A stretch of 64,000 nucleotides of DNA from Dicyema japonicum (Eukaryota; Animalia; Dicyemida), in contig RDEW01000054.1 of NCBI GenBank assembly GCA_011109175.1, forward strand, positions 123,382 through 187,381, given 5' to 3'. The notes below the pieces were generated by a model, which had not been told where the DNA came from, ran no database searches, and was given only the letters and a program-made list of their open reading frames with translations. The position numbers were made by a program, and so were the translations under genes. This document shows positions 23,811 to 35,800 of the stretch, in pieces. Each line of letters starts with the position of its first letter. The stretch's first letter is position 1.

Positions 23811-24594
23811 GTCGTCTACATGTGATTTAGCACAGTACTCAGTCTCAATGCAATTCACCTGGGTGATAATGCCTACTTTTAGGACACCTTTCGACACCAA
23901 TCAGCATAAAAGTATATTCTTGCTATATTAGAGCACTGCACAATATCGTTGCAGCCAGTCAAGATTCTAACTTAGAGGCGTTCAGTTATTATCTTTCAGA
24001 CGATAGCTTCGCACCACTGACTTTTCAGTCAAGTGCATGAACCAAATGTCTGACTCTGCAGTTCCTTACGTAATTTGCAGAATTACTGTGGCAACGACAC
24101 CCAATCAGGGTAAAACTAACCTATCTCACGATGGTCTAAACTCAGCTCACGTTCCCTGTTAGTGGGTGAACAATCCTACACTTTGCGATTTATGCTTCGC
24201 AATGATAGGAAGAGCCAACATCGAAGGATCAAAAAGCACCGTCGCTATGTACGCTTGGGTGCCACAAGCCAATTATCCCTGTGGTAACTTTTCTGTCACC
24301 TTTAACTTAAAGCTTTTAAAAGTAAAAGGATCGATAGGCCACGCTTTCGCGCCTTGCATGCGTACTGAACATGCAAATAAGGCGAGCTTTTACCCTTTCG
24401 CGCTATGGTAGATTTCTGTTCCGCCTGAGCTCACCTTTGGACATCTGCGTTATCGTTTAGCAGATGTACCGCCCCAGCCAAACTCCCCAAATGACACTGT
24501 TTTCAGATCCGATCGACCCATATAGGGTCTTGGACTATATCCTTCCCGGATGGGATAGTACGGCATTACTGAATTAGTAAGAAGACGACTAAGA
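23811..24594 (-). rRNA. Second copy of the 28S rRNA 3' fragment (pseudogene)
   Basis: Reverse complement of 5638-6430 with several substitutions and small indels. Confidence 0.92.
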
Positions 24595-27500
24595 ACAACA
24601 ATTAACAGATAACATGATTTATTCGCAAAACCCCAACTAACTAAACAAGGTAAGAGCCATTAACTAAAGAGGAAAGCCAAGATTTGGGGTCGTCTATATC
24701 GGGGCACTCTCATGAGACACCGTATGTCTCTTCTCCGTAAAAAGCCCCAATTACAATGCAAGTTTCCACAAGCAATGTAATAAATCACCAATTCTGCTCG
24801 TTTTTCTTTCGTATTCGTCATCAATTTCAGATGATAAATCCAATCCATGTGCGAGTTTAACTCCATAATTTCGACTGAAGTTACAATCTTAAACTCTCCA
24901 GACTTCATCCATTTTACAAGGCATTTTCTATCTTGATTGGTTGTTACACAACCATAGCCAATATGTTTAGCGTTAATGTCCCCAACAAGGATTGGATATT
25001 CACTGTTTTCCATAAATTTGTCGACAATCCATGGATACTCTCGTAGTTTTTTAGAATAGATTTTTCCGATAGTTATCCATCACATGGTTATTTGTAGTTG
25101 AATACTTGCTAGTTCACAAAGATTTTCTTCATTGATCGTGGGTAGTCTTGTATTAAAGAAGTTTTGTAGTAAATTGAAGTTCCTGTTCCAGCACAAAAAC
25201 CAGTCTTTCAAAAAAACAAATAAAAAAATCTAATGAGTCGTATCCATCAATTTTAAATGGTCTTTTCTTCAATTTAGTTTCGTTTATAATTAGAACTTCC
25301 ATCTGGATCGTGCTGGCTATAGCAACCAGCAATGAGGCCCGTTTCCGAAGAGAACGGGCATTAATTAGGGTTATCCTGACTACTTCTGGTTTTTTCGGTG
25401 GCTGCCCTCTCTTCTTAAGAGCGCCACTCTCTTCTCTGTGTTGAAACTTCTACTGTTTCTTTTTTAGAAGGTTTCTTATTATATGTGGTATTCCATCCAG
25501 TCTGCTCATACATTCTAAACTCTGACTTTAATTTCTTATTCGTTCCAATTTTGGAAACTTCACTTTCTCCATTATGGGCATTTTCTCGTTTTAGAAATAA
25601 TTTTCCATTCGATTCTTTCCTTTTTTGGTCAATTTTGTTTTTCTTCGCTATGTTAGCTTCAACAGCCTTGGGGCATCTTCCATAATTTGCAAAGTGGCTG
25701 GATGAACCACAATTCACACACGACTTATTAAAGGAAATTAATTTTTTTATTAAATAATTACAGCATAAATTAAATTATTATATTTTCTACTAATAGAAGT
25801 TACAAAATAACTTAAATAGAGAAATAATAAGTATATCACGAGAAACAACTAAACATAGATAGAACATCATTATAAATCTCGCATGAAACTACATCCCTGA
25901 TAGACACTAATTCCCTATGCTGTTATTATTTAATAAAAAAATTAATTTCCTTTATTTATCTCAAGCGATAAATTAATTTTCAATAAGCGAATTTAGGCTC
26001 GTTAACACCCTAGGCTCGTGACATATAAACGACAATCCTGAAAACAATTTACTGTTCAGACCCCTCATGAATAGACTAGTCGATAATCCAATGACAGAAG
26101 AAGAATTTGTCAATTTTAGACTTGGAAGTACCCACTGAAAATCCCAAAGATTTGGAATCATTCCTAGTTTAGCAATACCAAACAGTCTCAGCTTTTGAAG
26201 ATAATGACAATGACTCAGATTCTGATAAGCAAAAAGGGCCAAAACATATAGAGAAATTAACATGCACAAATGTTCAACAAATGCTAGACCAAATCTGCCA
26301 CTTTGCTTGCACTCAAGACCCTTCATTACTCGATCCAGTCAACAGACTGATCTATCTGAACAATAAAGCGATTGCTGAATTGAAGCTAAATACGAGGCAA
26401 TCCTTATTGACAGATTTCTATTAATTTTACTGTTTCACTTTTTCGTTATAAATAAATTTAATGACTTGTTCAATATACCGACCTCCCCTCTATACCGGAC
26501 AATTCTGTCGGTTTCGAGAGGAATCGGTTTAGAGGGGTTTGACTGTACTCTGATTGGGTAAATCTCCGCTCCGAACAAGATATATGACAAGTGTAGGAAT
26601 AAATATCATTTTAGCTGGACATTAATGAAATTTTTATATCTAAATTTTTTCCACGTCACTTGTGTTTTACACGATTTAGGTCTTGTTTAAGGCAGTCGAA
26701 GTGTCGATCTAGGTCGTCCGACCACGTGAAGAACAAAATACGCTGTGAAATGTTCTCACAAATAGGAAAATCCACCCTAAATTGTTGTCACAAATGGAGA
26801 AGCTGCTAAAAGCAGCCAAATATTATTCCCAGAATCTTCCAGAAATTAATAAATTTGTCTCTGAATTTGAAGGAAATGGAGTTTAATCAAAAATGTTAGA
26901 TGAGGTGGTGACGTCCCCCTCTTGAAAAGTATGTCTGAAAAACACGAAAATTGCAACCTAAATGACTTCTCTCTTTTAACGGTTCAATGTCAAAGGACTC
27001 TCTAGTGCATGGAAAAGAAAAGAACTTTGTGAAAGACCTTTCAAAATACAAGATATTAATCGGATGTCTCCAAAAGACAAAAATATCGAAGGAGTTTGAA
27101 ATCTTATACAAGAGAACAGGAACTGAGCCAATATCATGTGAGATTACTGATTCAAGATGGTGGCTCTTTGGACACATACTCTGCCACGATATGGGGACCC
27201 CTGCCAACATAGCAACGGAGGAGTATTTGTCTTAGAAGCTTCTCGTTTCCGCGGCCGGCCGAGGACAACACTGCCGGTTATTCTAGATTGAAGATCTCAG
27301 GATACGCTACGGAACATGGCAACGGATCGAAAAAGATGGGGACATTAATTAGATTGTTAACTTTTCGTGTTGCACATGCTTTGTCATGATCTTGGCATCG
27401 CGTACGTGCCTAGAATAATAATCAAAAATGTTTCGATTTTAATTATTTTAGGACAAAAAATCAGTTAATATTCCGCTTTGTTTACATGTTTAACAGAAAT

Positions 27501-27904
27501 CAGCAAAATTATTTGATTTTAATTGAAATGATTTCAAATACCTAACTACTTGATTATTCAATTTAAAAATCTTATGCAGATCTGAACACCATAGAATTTT
27601 CATCTGATCGGTGCAATATAAAAAATATAATCAAAAAATCTTTAAATTCTGGATACTAAGTATTCTTGATTCTCAAATAAAAATATTTCACCAGAAATTT
27701 AATCACACCTTCGAAATTGTTGCAAAAGCTCAGCCTCAGTTGAAAATGCGATGATATCACTTTTGACGAAAATTCTTACTTAAAATCGAAACTTTAAATA
27801 TGAAATGTTCAGGATATATTTTTATTTCTTATTACAATAAATGATTTCGATTCATCGTTCTATAATGCAATTTTTACAATCATTTCTTTTGCAATTATTA
27901 TTAT

Positions 27905-29420
27905 TTTATTTTTTTTAACAATAGAAGTCAGCTAGTTTCCTCCCTCACTGCGTGGCTGTTCCCTCTCAAAATTGCGAGCGAAATTCGCTCAAATAGCCAG
28001 CGGCGTTCACGGAGATCTCCAGTGCATGAGGTGATCCGGTTTCCAAGACGTCCGAAAAACTCGAGTGTAGAGGGGGAGTAGGATCCGGAAGTCTCCATAG
28101 CAAGGGGAACAAATTTGACATCATCGGGAAGGTCGACGTATTTAACGAGTTTGGCCTTCTCCGCCTTTACGGATGCTGAACAAGCCCTTGTAGCACTCTC
28201 GTGAAGATTTTTCTGGACGAACGTGTCTGTACATGTCACATCCCAAACCAGTGGTTTCCCGGCCTCAAATGGAAATATGGTCATCCCGTCCGGTCGTTTC
28301 CCGTCACTTCTGCATAACCCGACCGGTTCAAGAATGGCCGAGTATCCAGCAGCATCCATAGCTCGTCTGACAATTTCATTCAGAGCCTTGTGCCTTGGGG
28401 ATCTGCCAGCGCTCCTCCTGCAGGCGAGAGGGTGCAGGCCATAGCAGTCTATCAGGATGCCACATCGGCACGGGTGAGGTACACATACTTTAGTCCCAGC
28501 CGCAGATAGATACCAGTTCTAACGCATTCATCATCCAGAAAAGTACCCAAAGCTCCATTGGGGATGGCGTTTAGCCAAGCTCCGCTCTCAGGGGAAGCCC
28601 CCGAAAGCAAACAAGCGCGTCGGTGCTGATTGGCAGATTCCAGTAGGAGTCCAAATGATTTCCAGCATAATAAGTTGTCCAGGTTTCGCTGGTGATCTTG
28701 GGAAGGAGGCAGGGGGAGGTTGGTGGCATTCCAGGCTTCTCGTGCGTGGATTATCTCTGGTCAGTTGAGAATTCGGGTGGGAGTGTAGAATCCTCCTGAC
28801 CAAAGGTTCGCAGCCGTGAGTGATGATAAATGAGCGGGAAGTGAGACGTCCAAAGTTCGACGGATTCCAAGACCCCCGAATCTAACTGGGAGTGTAGCCT
28901 GCATCCATGTATCATCGTCGAATCGGACATTAAATATTTGCTCCGTCGAGCTGAGGAGAGACAAATCAAAATTCTCGAGCAGCTCCAGTTGAGAATAATA
29001 TGGAGCTGTCCTTAGTAGATAGGAGATTCTCTGGATGTTGAGACTTCTTTTCAATAGGAATAGTGCTGTGTGCAAGTCCAGCAGCTGTAATCTTTCCAGC
29101 GAATCGCATAGGAGTCGTTTTTTGTCAAGGAGGACATGCTTCATCGCATTACTAGTGATCGGGGATCCAAGAAAAATCAATTCTTTTCAGGGGTCGAAAT
29201 CCCACCGGAAACAAGGAGTAAAATTTTTGAACAATTGAAGAGAAGTCATCGTCAGCAAGACCACAGTTTGTTATTTCACATTTCGTTATATTCAACTGAA
29301 GACCCACCTCGGACAGCGCGGGGGTGAGTACTTCTAAGTCCCGGAAGACCGTTTCCGGGGGACCTCCTAAGACAGCGTCATCGAGGTACAGATGTTAAGT
29401 GGGCATCTGGAGAGCTCGCG
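27905..29420 (-). mobile_element. CRE copy (5'-truncated at the position equivalent to about 566)
   Basis: ORFs 27928-28359 and 28761-29180 match the 673-2058 protein. Confidence 0.9.
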
Positions 29421-29790
29421 TCAATGAAAGGTACCATTCTTTATAATTCTGAGTAGTCCTCCACCTGGTCTTCCCTGAAGGTCCTTACTGATTAATGTGT
29501 TTCCCGGGAAAGAGGGTGTTGGCGTAGAGGATGAGAGCAAGGTCAGCTCGAAGTTCCAGGATCTTCCTTTTAATTTCATTTTTATTTAGTTGTAGAATTA
29601 TTAATTCTCCGCGTGGACCAGGGTTTGTTTCAATGTGGCAACATAGCAGGATCAAAAGTCTACAACAATGATGACACAAGACGGAGTCGGAAGCACATAA
29701 TTTACGGGAACCCTCAAGAGGTGGGGAGAAGTTGATGGCTCTTTTTGTTTTTTTCCGGAATGGGTGACACCTTATCTGGTGAGCCACAAA
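29414..29790 (-). repeat. About 375-bp inverted copy of 38875-39248 (includes the 2A-like motif and APE start)
   Basis: ORF 29485-29787 is nearly identical to ORF 38845-39177. Confidence 0.9.
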
Positions 29791-29879
29791 ACAACAGGTT
29801 AGATTAAAAGCATGATAAATGTATTAATCTTTAATTAAACGTTTTAATAAAATTTAAATTGAAGTTAAATTTTTTGTTG

Positions 29880-32800
29880 ATGTCTGTCAGTGATGATCTT
29901 AATTTATATATTTGTAAACTTGATCAATTGATCAGGGAATCTTACGGGTACTTATTACTTTATATTTTTAAGCTCAAATAATCCTAGTAAAAACAAACTC
30001 AAAATATTGTATTGCGGACAAATCACTGATATTTTGTGCAATATGAAGTAATATAAATCTATAAACATTCTAGCTATGAAAAAATCAATAATTCAATGTC
30101 TCTTAGAACTTTTTTGAATGTTATCATGGACTTATGCTGTGATTTTAATGCTGATGTAAGACTTACCGCATCTGAATGCCTTTCGATAGTAGTAAAAGTA
30201 ACCTAACAAATTAAATTTTAGCATTATTTATCCAAGCTCTGCCGACTAATTTTCGATGAAATTATTATAATTATTCCGAAATATTCAAATTCAGATAAAG
30301 CGTTACGTATTCTTTATCGTTCTTTGGCATATATATGTCATTATATGTATCCTCATAATATTGGGTACCAATAAAATTTAATTTTTAGTACATTATTTGA
30401 AGTTTTGTCCGAAACAGTGCAAATTATTTTGCAGAGTAATGACCAAATGTTTTATGAAACTATGGATTATATTTTAACCGATTTAAATCACCACGTTCTT
30501 TGTAATTTTCATGATTCGCAACTTTATGTTAGTATTTATTTTATTGTTTTAGTATCTTTCTAACATTATTATTCCTTCCCTATCTTCAGATTCTGCAGTA
30601 ATCAGAAGAATTTCTGCTAATTCAATTGTTCAGCTATGTTCTGCTAGTCAATTTAATAAGAAACAATTAATTATTGAAATAATTTCTCAACTTAATAGTA
30701 ATATTTTATTGCATTATTTAGACTCGAATACAAAATTCCATGGATATCATCTATGCATGAAGAAATGTATTTTAATTTTGAATAATCTTCAACATACATG
30801 CAATACTTACAACAAATTGTTATTTGAGGTTTTGCATAGATTTATTTTTAGATTGTTAATAGCTGCCTTGACCAAATTTGTTCTGTTAATGAATGGACAC
30901 TTTATTGTTTATCTATTGAAACTATTAATGCGCTTTTAACAAACCCTTCATATGAGATGATAGAGTTGTTTAAAGAAAAATCGGACAAAGATAAAGCTAG
31001 CATATTTTACAAACTGGCTAACCGGATCTTGATTGGATCTGATAATCAAGAACCATTTCTAGACATTACTCTATCACCAAACGTTAATTATCTTCTTCAA
31101 TCTCAGGCTATGAACTTACTTTCAAATATTATAAAATATGATATATCCTCCATTTTTCATGTTTCAAAAAAAGGTTTGAACTTAAATATTTACAACTTTA
31201 GAGGTAAATATTGTTATTAATGAAATATTGAAAAATTATATAATTGATAGGCCTTTTATGAGACCTCTAACACCGGATTTATGTTGTAATTATATTTATG
31301 TTCAATTGGTTGATATCGATTTACATAATGACAAAAGTTTTTATTTACGTTTGATTTTAGACCTTGAAAGATTTGATAATTTTTTAATTATATTTTAGAA
31401 TTAATTACCAATAGTTCATCGATTGTTACTAAATCGGCGATTAATTCTTTGAAAAATATTATAAATATTATGTTGGATACTTGTCATTTAAGAGTAATTT
31501 CATATGCTTTTGACTTGATTAAAATTTTTCTGAAGTATCAAAATCATAGTTACTGGCTTGTAAAGGTTGTTACTATATATACATTCAACAGTCTGGACTA
31601 ATGGACTTATTTTATAATATAGATTATGATTTACTTTTTAACGCCGAGAATTTATATTCATTTCATGAAAATTCAGGAACAATTCAAGTATGTTAAGTTT
31701 GCTAGATTTAGAGTGGTGGCCTTCAAAACAAAATTATAAATTTTTTTATCCAAATAATTGAAAGTAAGGATTATAGATTACAAATTGAAGCTAGTAAATA
31801 TTTTGTAAAATTGATTTCAAAACTAAATATTTTGTCTATATATAATTTTAAAAATTCTTCTAGGTTGAATTTTTTATCTAAATATTTTACTTCTTTTGAA
31901 TTCTCTCCATTCCAAAATTATTTTTCTCAAAGTATAACTGATTTTGTTTTCGATCATTTTTCAGAGAATACATGTATTGACATAGAATTGAATCTGAAAC
32001 TTGGCTTTTACATTAGATTGTTCTATTTTCTACTCATAGACAATTTATCATCGTGCAACATGCAAACAATCGTATTTATCTATTTTTTATTTTTAGAGAG
32101 GAATTCTGTGTTTTTTTAAAGAATGCTCAATTTTGTTTCCTGCTATAACATATCCTTATGCTTGGATATTTTTCAATTCGTGTGCCTTGTCAGAATTGTG
32201 CTGCGAAAAAAATACTGAATTGTTGTATGTCTTTTTAGTATTTTAGTATATTTACCGATATATTTGATTTAATAGTTTCTAATTTTTTAATTGATAACAT
32301 TGACATACAGATTTCACTCATTCATTTGATTTCTAATATTTTAACCAGTTAGAAATTAAACTATAATTTTGTTAGGCTTAATCTACATGAAAATTCCAAG
32401 ACTTCAAAAATTTACAACGGATAAATTATCAAGAACATTTGAATTTTACTTTATTCATCTAGTTAGGTATTATTGATAATTTAAATTTAGAGTTCTTAAG
32501 ATTATTTGCTGTTTGTCAAATCATAATAAGACTTTTCCACAGATAAACAATGTTACTGTTAACTGTATATTAAAACCTCTTAATGATTATTGCCGTGGTG
32601 ATGATGTTCTTAATGATGAATCATTACAAACTAATCATTCTTTTTTAGTTATTTCAGGTAATTTATTGCTATTATAGTCACTCATGTAGTATCTTTATGT
32701 AAAACCCCAAAAGATAAACCTAGAGATTTCACTGATTTTTGGTATGAACAATTCTCGATCATACTAGAAAATCTTTATAGCTCTACAAAGGTTTGTATAA

Positions 32801-35800
32801 ATTATGGTTTTATTATTGAAATATTTTAACAATTTATATTATTAATTATTATTTTAGAGTGTTTTGTCTTTCAAACCTAACAAAATTAATTTATTATCTG
32901 ATTGTTTACTTGAAACACTTTCTGTATTTTTACAATTTGTTCATTCTATTGATACTCGGTTAATACAAATTATATCATCGTATATTGGCGCTATTTCATT
33001 TCTTTCAACGAGAAGAGCTGTTCAATGCCTAAATAAAGTATTATTTTAATTGTTCCTTTCTAGTTAATTAGTCTTCATCTTAGAAGCAATCTTAGATCAA
33101 ATTTTTGTCCAATGAATTATTTGATAGATAAAGTCGATTTTTTTGAGAGTTGTAAAATTAATACTTATTTTTCAAATTGTTTTTGCAAAGAAAAAAATAT
33201 GTTGTGTACAAATTTGTCTTCACATTTTATTTTTATTTTAATAGTGCTTTTGAAGATAATTTGTTAGCTGATAATTTCTACAAAGAATATTTGTATTTTT
33301 ATCTAAAAAAAGTTAGATTTGAATTTAACGAACACAAGCAGCATAACAATATAACTATCCCTCGTAAAGTTTATTTTTTATTAATCTGTATTATTAGATT
33401 GCTTTAAATACAGTTATTAAATTATTCTCACGCGATATTTCGAATTTAATTATTCTATTCGAATTTGTCTATGATTCATATTTTTTAGTAGAAATAATAA
33501 AATTATTTTGTATGATGTTAAAATGTGGTGTTTTTTATTCAGAGATAGACCCAAACAATGTATTCCTTAAAGTTATTTTTTTAGGTAATTTTTAACACTA
33601 TTATCGATCGTTTAAATATACAAAAATGTGGTGCTATTTGGTATTTAACTTTTTTGAGATTTAGTAACCCAGATTTAATTGAGGCGTTTGGAAATCTGAT
33701 GATTTTTAACGCTTGTCAAATAAAACCTATAATGGACAGGACTGATATACTATATATCTGCCATGAAATGCTTGCAGATAATTTATTTAAAACTTGTTTA
33801 AAGTTAATTAATTTTAGCACTTGTACTTTTAAAGGCATTAACAATTGAGTTGTTTGTGATTCGCAATACTAAAAATAAACACAACGATATTGATATCGCT
33901 ACAAAAAGAGAAACGTTATTTTTTTTGTTAATTAGAAATATTAATTCAATAGAGGTATTTTAATTATTTTAATTTTAGTTTGTGGATTTACTGTTGATTG
34001 CCTTAGTTCATTATAAAAGTAACAATAATGAATATTATATCCGGTATTCACAAATCTTATTTGATGAAATATTTCCATTGATCACTTCAGATAAAGTTTA
34101 AAATTATATAATTATTGTTAAAAGATTAAAATTCAAAATTTAAAAGATTTTGAAAGACTCGAAATATTTTTTGATTCACTTTCTCAGAGTGCCTTCAGAC
34201 CTATTGATACTGTTTTAATGAAAATTACTTTTGAATCTCCTGATATGGTAATGTTATGTTATTAATTTTAAAGCAAAATAATTATAACTCATTTCCATGG
34301 ATTGTCGGCCTCACTATTATTTTTCGTATTATTTTGCGTCATGTGAAAGAACCGATTCTTCTTAATAGAACATCATATCTTTGTAATAATGTCTTTTCAG
34401 ATAACTTCAAGTCATTCCGTTATTCTTTAGTTCATCATAAAATTATCAGTGATAATTTTGATATTAAAAATCCAGAGGATGTAATATCATGGTTATTTTT
34501 GATTTATTTTAATAGTCTAATAGTTAATTCTTTAGTATATTCAATTTTAAACATTTACAACTACATTAAAACAGTGAATAAAGTTCCGAAAATACTAATT
34601 TGTGTTTTGAACCGATATTTAATTACTATTCATAATTTTTTACTTCCTGGTAGTTTTTATTTTATAAAATTCTAGAATTTGGATTTTTCATTGTACATAA
34701 ATCTTTTTCTTCATATATAGTGAAAATTTTCAATTTTATAAAGCCTATTTCATGTCTCGCTAAATTTTGTCCTTATTTTTTATTTTCTTTAAAATTGTTA
34801 ATACCCATTTCTTCTAATTTTTTATCATTTATAATTGAAATTATGAAGTCTCATTCATATAATAATTCTATTCTATGTATAAATAGAATTTTATTTATTT
34901 CACTTTGCCTATTTAACGATAAAATAATTTTTGTATTTCTTTTTAAAAGTATTCTAGAGTAAGTTTAAAGATGAATTGGAATTTTTTTTGAAAGATATGA
35001 ATAAATTACTTCAATCATTAATAATTGAAATTTCTTTTTATAAAATTATTGAAAAGTATATTTGTTGTTAACTTAGATTTATTTATATTGATTTAATTGA
35101 GCTTGCTTCTATTATATGTAGCGATGTTGTTAATTTCACTGACATTAATACTCAAATCCGATTTATAAAATCATTAATTTTAACTCTTAGTGAATTCTGC
35201 TGTTTTAATTTACCTATTTTCGAAATTATGGCAAAGTTATATAAGATTTTTGACATCACATCATGTTTAGTTGGAGAATTATGTCTTTCAATTTTCTTCG
35301 TTATTTTATTAAAAGTATATATAGTTAATGATTATTTTAGAAGAACAATATTTGCAAGACTTGCTGTTTAGATTCTAATTTTTCTAACTTATTTAAAGCA
35401 TCATTTAGACATATAAATTTAATTCAGTATAAATTAATTGAATATTTAGACTTTCTGAATGCTTAGATTCTTCTATTAATATGTTTAACAATTATAATTT
35501 GTCTCCATTTGTATTAAATTTCAAATCATATGATTTTTGGAGTTTATCACAGTTTAATGACATTGAAGATACTTTTAAATATAATTCGCCATTACAATGC
35601 TATAATTTATTAACTGATCCTTTATTCGTAATTTTAACATGGGACAATGTTATTTCGAAATCACAATTTGAAAACAATTTTTTTTATTACTTATCCTCTT
35701 TTATGGCTTCAGGTAATCAACATCTTGGGAAGAATGCCAAAATTTTTACTCTTTTTGATTATTTTTTTCAATTAAAAATTAAAGAATTTTGCATAAATAA

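Larger units (their letters stand above)
22242..26023. mobile_element. Second copy of the TGTCAC TIR element (3.78 kb; gag deleted)
   Basis: TIRs start at 22242 and end at 26023, flanked by TATAAA on both sides. Confidence 0.85.
21993..29420 (-). repeat. Inverted segmental duplicate of about 566-9240
   Basis: The same modules appear in reverse-complement order (pogo part, TIR element, LINE B RT, 28S, LINE A, MITE, RTE, hAT, CRE). There are scattered substitutions and two larger deletions relative to the left arm. An extra copy of the LINE B 3' end lies at 21785-21992. Confidence 0.95.

Noticed and set aside
27000-29400. Frameshifts as proof of pseudogenisation in the right arm and the first array unit
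   Set aside because: Many are 1-bp homopolymer indels typical of long-read consensus error; they cannot be judged without raw reads.
566-29420. Giant composite transposon (Maverick-like or long-TIR) carrying NAA25
   Set aside because: The outer ends lie inside other TE fragments with no TSD, and there is no polB, ATPase or capsid gene; a segmental inverted duplication fits better.
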